Shown here in pieces: positions 25,601 to 32,000 of a DNA stretch of 32,000 nt. The stretch comes from Desulfotalea psychrophila LSv54 (GTDB taxonomy: Bacteria; Desulfobacterota; Desulfobulbia; Desulfobulbales; Desulfocapsaceae). The notes under the pieces are model-generated. The model was not told the origin of the DNA. It saw nothing but the letters and a program-made list of their open reading frames with translations, and ran no database searches. Location of the stretch: contig NC_006138.1 in the NCBI RefSeq assembly GCF_000025945.1, positions 900,001-932,000 of the forward strand. The letters run 5' to 3'. Within the stretch, counting starts at the first letter, position 1, and each line of letters starts with the position of its first letter. The position numbers and the translations under genes were made by a program.

Positions 25601-26961
25601 CGAGACAGCAGTTTATGGGCAAGATTAGAAGATCGCTGACGGAGTTGGAGGATAGTCAGGATAAGTTTTTTGGCTCATCGGACAGACCTCTGCTTCTCTC
25701 CGTTCGAAGCGGTGGCGCCATTTCTATGCCGGGGATGATGGCCACGGTTCATAATGTTGGCTTTAATCAGGAGATTATTCGGGAGTATGCGCGCAAACAT
25801 GGTGAGGGATATTTTGCCTGGGATAATTATCGTCGCTTTCTTCAGTCCTGGGCAATGATCTGTGATGTTGATCGAGAGGATTTTCAGGCCCTTATGGATT
25901 CGGCCAAACAGAGGCACGGGGTGCGCCTTAAACGGGATTTTACCTCGGCGCAGATGGAGGAGTTGGCCCTCTCGTATTATCAACTTGTCTGTGAAAAAGG
26001 GGTGGTTATTCCGGATAATCCCTGGTTGCAGCTGGTCGGCGCTATAGAGCTTGTTCTTGATTCCTGGCACACGACCAAGGCAACTGATTATAGGAGGGTT
26101 ATGGATCTCTCTGAATCCTGGGGGACAGCCGTTATTGTCCAAACCATGATATATGGTAATAAGAGCAGTCGCTCAGGTTCGGGTGTTGTCTTCACCTCTC
26201 ATCCATATCGTAAGGTGCAGCGGGTGGCCCTCTGGGGTGATTATGCCTATGGTAGTCAGGGGGAGGATATTGTTTCCGGGCTGGTCACCAGTTATGCTAT
26301 CTCCATGGAGCAGGCCCAGCTTGATGGTCGTTCTGCGGAGAACACCCTGGAACGAAAATTTCCGAAAATATATGCCGAGCTGCTCAGCATGTCACGGGAA
26401 CTTGTCTACGGGAAGGGGTGGAACCCTCAGGAGATAGAGTTCACCTTTGAGGGAGAGGAGGCTGACCAGCTCTATATCCTTCAATCCCGGGATATGATTA
26501 CTATCAAGAAGAAGGAACACCTTCAGGTCTTTGAAGAGAGCGTGGCCCTGCAGGAGGCGTATCTGGGCCATGGTGTTGGTGTTTCTGGTTCTGCCCTCTC
26601 CGGCTTGGCCGTTTTTACCGAAGAGCATATCGCAGAGATTCGGGCTCGGGATGCAGATGTACCCCTGATTCTTATTCGTCAGGATACTGTGCCGGAGGAC
26701 ATTAAGATTGTTGATCTGGCGGATGGTCTGCTTACCTCACGGGGTGGTCAAACCTCCCATGCCTCCGTGGTTGCGGTGCGTCTTGAAAAAACCTGTGTTG
26801 TTGGCTGTCGCAGATTAAAGGTCTTTGAAACTCTGGGCTATTGTGAGATCAGGGGGAAACGGATCCATTTTGCTGATCCTGTCTCTATTGATGGGCGAAG
26901 CGGTCAGCTCCTGGTGGGTATTCATCCCATTAAAGAAGAGTATCATATCCTGCCTATTTAG
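22696..26961 (+). CDS. Large PPDK/PEP-synthase-family dikinase-like protein: ~920-aa uncharacterised helical N-terminal region, PPDK-type ATP-grasp domain, phospho-histidine swivel domain; no PEP/pyruvate TIM-barrel
   Basis: Uninterrupted ORF. The C-terminal 500 aa match PPDK motif by motif (LGNKGFNLATL, PLLLSVRSGGAISMPGMMATVHNVGFN, YRRFLQSW, GTAVIVQTMIYGN, SGSGVVFT, QGEDIVSG, EIEFTFE, LYILQSRDM, LLTSRGGQTSHASVVAVRL). Start is placed at ATG 22696, downstream of the gap terminator. The TTG at 22612 lies inside that terminator. Confidence 0.85.
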   Translation: MDRHDVGQVLQSDALKANLLETAGTVEIDSELLLLLSAVKKYRGLHKTLEKLLYEICHPFRNWKLILPQFRSYTLKNTGHYLKDESGPEAVGLFARLFFEAIEDVRRDPVLLAQAVAALLIWLEKLAKDLPEGRQEAFEPVLTDIFSRLTRFDEEDEAAMMQMVYGQCSLAGLVRARLSSSETEGADCSSLVRLYEMVLHRTYAYWLLEDDPLQWFLMRCKMVANDLTARETFKDISHLSMQSRLTELKRIRQETAGVATLRAMLGLASHIDIVRFYRAIPDKLAELDIVSDCFAKEDAASSNFNENRKILFLFKIMDTEGLHLVHEETLREINRSLVQLIRQQTFEEIEEFLLATFELLEVNVRKYPHTSLQCIQVLGGEVFDRSNSRMVEAFLWGVVRFGFQHANVVGVDENWQPLTNPAHLANIRVWLHLIMREPKWCATLFSALIIHIKLSGTCIKDTDLFQRDITELLNHPIKPVYNLCKQFAKLMPVFFNEIGSEGELRDVSTELDEMHRRKDVLIHFLRKQGHVESSNLIVDFIKAIFLFWQTKDKSKLQPHVPDEVYVQVSSEGRYVDEAHRLTLRLWQEQNLKNVSDLLGVDEETMAEFLLRQQDIDPREVRRFELLVRMFKLLHAKYQLSFQDLRPELLAAAKNGFPQMRDLLDRLDQKDVRQSLSALLQSLLALKEIILSEESFEAREDIYYKRHIAVDIPSVYGRYKERKFDALSLSFRLENHANIYLEKLAGTINLAMITQATFYDIIGCLKLYIQALSVDGISSRKLVTSLSLLKNSLKVRRFSYTQYLDIFKGMSEGVKDIIYAFYTNIHQNNLSIIIPQLSREEVMQKYRSLYDEDMGISVHRVSEAFLRELISSTFGLQHLDNFILQILATLENQREMLSERNLDLLMTYNPNRAISELHNPNPLASNLIYLGNKGFNLATLAADNKPIPPAFVITTEVFRCRNIVFGYSEARQQFMGKIRRSLTELEDSQDKFFGSSDRPLLLSVRSGGAISMPGMMATVHNVGFNQEIIREYARKHGEGYFAWDNYRRFLQSWAMICDVDREDFQALMDSAKQRHGVRLKRDFTSAQMEELALSYYQLVCEKGVVIPDNPWLQLVGAIELVLDSWHTTKATDYRRVMDLSESWGTAVIVQTMIYGNKSSRSGSGVVFTSHPYRKVQRVALWGDYAYGSQGEDIVSGLVTSYAISMEQAQLDGRSAENTLERKFPKIYAELLSMSRELVYGKGWNPQEIEFTFEGEEADQLYILQSRDMITIKKKEHLQVFEESVALQEAYLGHGVGVSGSALSGLAVFTEEHIAEIRARDADVPLILIRQDTVPEDIKIVDLADGLLTSRGGQTSHASVVAVRLEKTCVVGCRRLKVFETLGYCEIRGKRIHFADPVSIDGRSGQLLVGIHPIKEEYHILPI
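25468..26958 (+). other. PPDK-like nucleotide-binding (ATP-grasp) plus swivel phospho-His module; predicted catalytic His codon at 26758-26760
   Basis: See the motifs listed for the parent CDS. GGQTSHAS corresponds to the GGxTSHAA phospho-carrier motif of PEP-utilising enzymes. The protein ends ~65 aa after it. Confidence 0.8.
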
Positions 26962-27253
26962 AATTGGTTTGTTCGGGCTGGAAGAATGAGCGGAGATCGA
27001 TGAGCATTTTTCTAATACGTTTATCGGTAATTGAATTACGGATAAACGTATGATCTCTCTTGGATGTAACAAGGCCCTGAGCCCTGAGTATATTGAGATG
27101 CTGGGAGAGATTTGGGTGACTTGTCTGCAGTTGGGCAAGTAATTCCCCTGTGCTGCACTCCCCTTCAAGTAATAGATAGAGGACCTTGAGGCGAATAGGG
27201 TGTCCCATTGTCTTGAGGATGGCAGAAGTTGCTTCCAGGTATGTATCTTGCAT
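26954..27253 (-). CDS. ArsR/SmtB-family winged-helix transcriptional regulator
   Basis: ILKTMGHPIRLKVLYLLLEGECSTGELLAQLQTSHPNLSQHLNILRAQGLV matches the ArsR HTH core. Start is taken at ATG 27251-27253 (99 aa). The ORF is open up to 27391, a 46-aa basic extension. Confidence 0.75.
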   Translation of the reverse strand: MQDTYLEATSAILKTMGHPIRLKVLYLLLEGECSTGELLAQLQTSHPNLSQHLNILRAQGLVTSKRDHTFIRNSITDKRIRKMLIDLRSFFQPEQTNSK

Positions 27254-27635
27254 AAATTGTTGGTTTTGTTTGTTGTTTTTCTTTTTGTCGAGTGTGGCTT
27301 TTGCCTGATACCATCTCTTCCTATCCCGTTGGCTATCTTTCTGAGAATAGCTCCTAATTTCCTTTGTAGCAAGATATGGATGACTTAACATAAAAATGTT
27401 GGCTTCTTTATAAGGGATATGGTTTATTTATATCAATTTCTTTGATGATTCGTGGGTGGAGTTGTTGGGGCTCTTGAGTAAGCGGAGCTACTTACATTCT
27501 GTGAGAAGAGTTAGTAGCTGAAGAAAAACATTGCCTCAACCCATATTTACGATATCAAAAAACATTGAGATGTAGGGATATAGGATAGGGACATTTTTTG
27601 TGGGACGAACATTAATTGTAAGAAGAGGGACAATC

Positions 27636-29631
27636 ATGAGTGATATGAAGCCAAAGATTGAGAGCTTGTTGCAAGAGGATCGCCTTTTTGCGCCACCAGT
27701 TGCGGGGAAGAGTACAGCCTATATTTCCAGTATGGCAGAATATGAAGAGATTTATAAGCGCTCCATTGAAGATCCGGAAGGTTTTTGGGCGGAACGCGCT
27801 GAAGAATTGGTCTCTTGGTCGAAGAAATGGCACACTGTCCTGGAGGCGGATTTTGCTGTTCCCATGGTTAAATGGTTTGATGGTGCGACCCTGAATGCTT
27901 CTTATAACTGTTTGGATCGTCATATAGAAAATGGCCTTGGTGATAAAAAGGCCCTTATCTGGCAAGGTGAGCCGGAAGATGACTGCATAGAGTATACCTA
28001 TAGCGAGCTTCTTGCCGAGGTATGTCGTTTTGCCAATGTCCTGAAAAAAAAGGGGGTTCAGCGGGGTGATAGGGTTTCTGTCTATCTGCCTATGGTGCCA
28101 GAACTTACCATTGCCCTTCTTGCCTGTGCCCGGATCGGTGCGGTGCATGCAGTCGTCTTTGCCGGGTTTTCAGCAGCAAGTCTTGAAAATCGTCTCCAGG
28201 ATTGCGGGGCAAAGGTACTTGTTACTGCCGATGCTGTTCTGCGTGCCGGTAAGACCATTCCCCTCAAGCCCAACGCCGATGAGGCGCTTGAAGAGTGTGA
28301 TCTGGTTGAGCACTGTATTGTGGTAAAGCGGGCCGGAAATGAGGTCGAGATGGAGGAGGGACGTGATAGCTGGTGGCATGAGGATGTCGCCGCCTCTGAT
28401 ATCAGTGATCAGTGCCTGCCCGAGGAGATGGAGGCAGAGGATATTCTGTTTATTCTCTATACCTCCGGATCCACCGGTCAACCTAAGGGGGTTGTTCACA
28501 CCACCGGCGGATATCTTACCTACGCAATGCATACCACTCAGTGGGTTTTTGATCTTAAGGGGGATGATGTCTACTGGTGTACGGCAGATATTGGCTGGAT
28601 TACCGGTCACTCCTATATTGTTTATGGTCCTCTTGGCTTGGGCGGTACCTCTCTTATGTTTGAAGGAGTTCCCTCTTATCCCGATGCTGGCAGGTTCTGG
28701 CGAATTGTTGAAAAGTTTAAGGTCTCAATTTTTTATACGGCCCCCACTGTTATTCGGGCCCTGATGCGTTCCGGTACGGATCCGGTTGATCGTTACGATA
28801 TCTCTTCTCTTCGTGTTCTGGGCTCTGTTGGTGAGCCTATTAATCCAGAGGCCTGGATGTGGTACCATACCCATATTGGCAAGGGTCAGCTTCCCATTGT
28901 CGATACCTGGTGGCAGACCGAAACCGGGGCAATTATGATTGCTCCCCTGCCCTACGCTACGCCACTTAAGCCCGGAGCAGCAAGTAAACCTCTGCCCGGT
29001 GTTGATGTAGCTGTCCTCAATGAGGAGGGTAAAGAGGTCGGCCCCAATGAGGGTGGACGCTTGGTTATTCGTCAGCCATGGCCGGGGATGTTCCGTGGTG
29101 TTTATGGTGATTCGGCCCGGTTTAAAACCAACTATTTTGAGGCTTATCCCGGGGTATACGATGCCGGGGATGGCGTCCGCTGTGATGAGGATGGCTATTA
29201 CTGGGCGATGGGCCGTCTTGACGGCGGTTATTAATGTTTCGGGCCATAGAATGGGATCGGCCTCAGATAGAATCGGCTCTTGTTGCTGATGTGCGGCAGT
29301 GGGTGAGGCGTCAGTTGTGGGTATTCCACATCCTGTTAAGGCTCAGGCTATCTATGCCTTTGTTACCCTAAACAATGGCGTGTAAGAGACCCCTCAGCTT
29401 GTGCTAGAACTTCCAGCCCATGTGTGCAGTGGAATTGGACCAAGTGCCTCTCCTGATGTTATTCAGTATGCCCCTGGTCTTCCTAAGACGAGAACCGGTA
29501 AGATCATGCGTCGGGTTTTACGTAAAATTGCCGAGGGTGATTTTGATAATTTTGGTGATACCAGTACCCTTGCCGATCCAACGGTGATAGAGAGGTTAAT
29601 TCAGGGACGGGAAGTAGCAACTGGTAAGTAG
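27636..29631 (+). pseudogene. acs: Acetyl-CoA synthetase (AMP-forming), 3' part disrupted by three indels and an in-frame TAA
   Basis: The gene is intact to codon ~530 (YTSGSTGQPKG, WWQTETG, DEDGYYW). It then changes frame at ~29223-29227 (VINVSGHRMGSA), ~29263 (IESALVAD) and ~29290-29292 ([28 protein letters not shown]). TAA lies at 29383-29385, followed by ...[20 protein letters not shown]...* ending at 29631. The span is 1996 nt, which is 3n+1. Confidence 0.85.
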
Positions 29632-29893
29632 TGCAAAAGCAAGTATTACTTAATTTTATTATGCCATATAGGGGGTTTTGTCGAACTTTGTGTGGCATTT
29701 TTTTGTTTTTCTTGTAATATCAGGGCCACGTTCATTTATTTATTAAGTAACTGTTTGACATGTTGTGGTTTTTTGTCGAATAATATTATTAGGTTAGGGC
29801 GTAATGGTGTTTTTCTAGGGAGACAGTGTGTGGCGTTGCTTACCGGCTTTTACGTCACAATATACTGATATTTTATATGAAAGAGAGGGTGTT

Positions 29894-31240
29894 ATGCGTA
29901 ATCACTGGAGTGGCAGTATGGGGTTTATCCTTGCTGCTGTAGGATCTGCTGTTGGGCTTGGTAATATTTGGAAGTTTCCGTATATCACAGGAATGAATGG
30001 TGGCGGTGCCTTTGTTTTAGTTTACCTGGTGGCTATTTTACTCTGTGGTATGCCCCTGTTGATGGCGGAATTTGCCATTGGTCGTCACTCGCAAAAGGAT
30101 GTTGTCGGTTCCTTTAGAGATCTGATGCCAAAATCAAAGGGATGGCAGATTGTCGGTTGGTTAAACCTCTCAGCTGCCTTTATCATTCTCTCCTATTACG
30201 GTGTTATTGCCGGTTGGACCCTGTTTTACCTCTTTGAAGCGGTAACTAATAATTTCGCCGGTCAGAGCCCAGAGGCAATTGATGCAGTCTTTGGTGGACT
30301 TGTTACCAGCCCCACTACTCAGCTTCTCTGTCTGACCTACTTTACCATTCTTGTTGTTATCGCTGTTGCTTCTGGTATCCAGAAGGGTATTGAGCGTTGG
30401 AATAAGGTGATGATGCCGACCCTCTTTGGTATTGTTGTTGTTTTGGCCCTCTACTCCCTTACCACTCCGGGAGCAGTGGCTGGTTGGAAGTTTATGCTCT
30501 ACCCTGACTTCTCCAAGTTGACCATGGGAGGTGTGCTTGAGGCTATCGGTCACTCTTTCTTTACCCTCAGTATTGCCATGGGTATCTTGGTAACCTACGC
30601 AAGTTATATGGATAAGAAAGAGAAGATCTTTCCCGTTGCCATCCGGATCGCCTTTCTTGATACCGTTGTGGCCATTGGTGCCGGTCTTGCTATTTTTCCA
30701 ATCGTATTCTCCTTTGGTATGGAGCCTGGTGCCGGTCCTGGTCTTATCTTTAAGACTCTGCCCAAGGCATTTGCCCAAATGCCCTTTGGTAATGTGTTGG
30801 GAACCCTGTTCTTTGTCCTGATGGCCTTTGCTGCCCTCTCTTCTGCTATTTCTCTTCTTGAGGTACTTACCGCTTTTGCCATTGATGAGAAGAAGTATGA
30901 TCGTAAGAAGGCAACCATTATCATGGCTATTGCCGTCTATATTGCCGGTATTCCCTCTGCCCTTTCCTACTCTACCTTTTCTGATATCACCATTTGGGGT
31001 GGCATGCCTATCCTGGATGGTCTTGACCATATGGCAAGTAACTATATGCTGCCAATCGGTGGTCTGTTGATTGCTGTTTATGCAGGTTTTATTGTTGATA
31101 AGCGTATTCTGCAGGCAGAGATTACAGAAGATGGTGCTAAGTATGTGAAGGTCTTTAGGGTGTGGTATTTCACCATCCGTTACGTGACCCCCGTACTCGT
31201 TTTTGTAGTTTTTCTTAAGAGTGTTGGCCTGCTTGGCTAG
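29894..31240 (+). CDS. Sodium-dependent transporter, neurotransmitter:sodium symporter (NSS/SNF) family
   Basis: N-terminal signature W.[24 protein letters not shown] (here [27 protein letters not shown]) and ~11-12 TM segments. Start is trimmed to ATG 29894, which has GAGAGGG upstream. Confidence 0.9.
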   Translation: [448 protein letters not shown]

Positions 31241-31261
31241 TTTTCTCGGCCTCCTCTGTAT

Positions 31262-31299
31262 AAAAGCTCTCAGCCTTAAGGCTGGGAGCTTTTTTTTTG
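31262..31299 (+). terminator. Rho-independent terminator after the NSS transporter gene
   Basis: Stem AAGCTCTCAGCC / GGCTGGGAGCTT with a TTAA loop, followed by T9. Confidence 0.85.
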
Positions 31300-31760
31300 T
31301 CCGAAGGGCAGGGGCGAGGGATGGGGGCATGTTGGCAAATGGATGATTTTTGCCCAGGCATGATATGGGGATTAACCTTGTATTTTTAGGCTGTTATTTT
31401 ATCACCCTGTGCTGGGGCTATTTATGGCAGGCCAGGGGCTGATGGTGGGGAGCTTGCCTGATAAAAATTGAGAAGACATTTGATATATATGCAAAAGTAT
31501 TGTTTGTATAGCCTCCGCTGCCGGGTGAATCCGAGCCTCTTTGCGCATCCTGACCCTTGTTTTCTATTGGATTTTTTTTGTAAAATTCACGGAGATGCTT
31601 GAATGTGACGGCATAACGGGTTCTATTACATCATGTAGAAGGATTAAAACACTGTTGTTTGCAGAATGTTTCTCTATCCATTTTAGTTTTAGAGGCAACG
31701 GTCTGTTTTCTCTGCAAGCTCAATATTCTAGATTAAAAAACTGCCGATAAAAGACACGCT

Positions 31761-32000
31761 ATGAAAGGAAATGAAATTCGCTCAAGGTTTTTGGAGTATT
31801 TTAAGGGTAACGGTCACACCGTTGCTGAAAGTTCTTCATTAGTTCCCAAGGATGATCCCACTCTGCTCTTCACCAATGCGGGGATGGTGCAATTCAAAAG
31901 GGTTTTTATGGGGGATGATAAGAGAGGATATGTCCGAGCTGTTACCAGTCAGAAATGTGTTCGGGCAGGAGGAAAACATAACGATCTGGAGAATGTAGGT
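31761..32000 (+). CDS. alaS: Alanine--tRNA ligase, N-terminal 80 codons (continues beyond the window)
   Basis: [46 protein letters not shown]...[15 protein letters not shown] is the canonical AlaRS N-terminus. Confidence 0.95.
   Translation, partial: MKGNEIRSRFLEYFKGNGHTVAESSSLVPKDDPTLLFTNAGMVQFKRVFMGDDKRGYVRAVTSQKCVRAGGKHNDLENVG

Noticed and set aside
30170-31330. 386-aa ORF antisense to the NSS transporter gene.
   Set aside because: It lies entirely in the shadow of a well-supported transporter CDS. Its translation is low-complexity (G/K/N/T-rich) with no motifs and no SD. Long antisense ORFs like this are a typical codon-bias artefact.
31425-31440. Sigma54-like element TGGCAG-N6-GGGC with correct GG-N10-GC geometry upstream of alaS.
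   Set aside because: The -12 element is poor (GGGC instead of TTGC). It lies ~320 nt from alaS, a gene not expected to be sigma54-dependent. Chance occurrence is likely.
31300-31760. 460-nt spacer upstream of alaS, including a 69-aa ORF (31541-31750).
   Set aside because: The ORF has a TTG-type start, no SD and an implausible Phe/Cys-rich sequence. I found no convincing hairpins or known leader motifs. It is probably just promoter/UTR sequence.

Overview
The window reads as a chromosomal housekeeping region of a Gram-negative bacterium. BamD, KdsD and SecDF imply an outer membrane and LPS. The split atpZ-atpI-atpB-atpE cluster, a DUF4388 protein and roughly 45-55 % G+C are compatible with a Desulfobacterota/deltaproteobacterial genome, but that is inference only.

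I support about 26 coding regions: birA, metK, kdsD, a HAD phosphatase, fused secDF, larB, bamD, trxB-trxA, hemL, atpZIBE, rimO, ihfB-like, aroK, gap, an ArsR-type regulator, an NSS/SNF transporter, the alaS 5' end and an unidentified 3' gene fragment. There are two disrupted genes. rluB carries a single +1 nt frameshift. acs carries three clustered indels plus an in-frame TAA. Several intrinsic terminators and two sigma70-like promoters are also called. I saw no tRNA, rRNA, CRISPR array, IS element or transposase.

Three loci stand out:
- 3530-5866 (-): a 778-aa bitopic membrane protein. Its N-terminal ~145 aa match the catalytic core of eukaryote-type E2 ubiquitin-conjugating enzymes (PP flap, HPD, G-x-ICL with Cys94, following Trp). 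This is followed by a coiled-coil linker, one TM helix and a ~440-aa TPR-like region. No E1, Ubl or DUB gene is nearby.
- 6022-7107 (+): its divergent neighbour, a Cys-module + degenerate cNMP-binding + DUF4388 protein.
- 22696-26961 (+): a 1422-aa orphan dikinase. A ~920-aa unrecognisable helical N-terminal region is fused to a very PPDK-like ATP-grasp and phospho-His swivel domain (GGQTSHAS), and the PEP/pyruvate TIM-barrel is missing.

All functional calls come from motif recognition by eye, with no database search.
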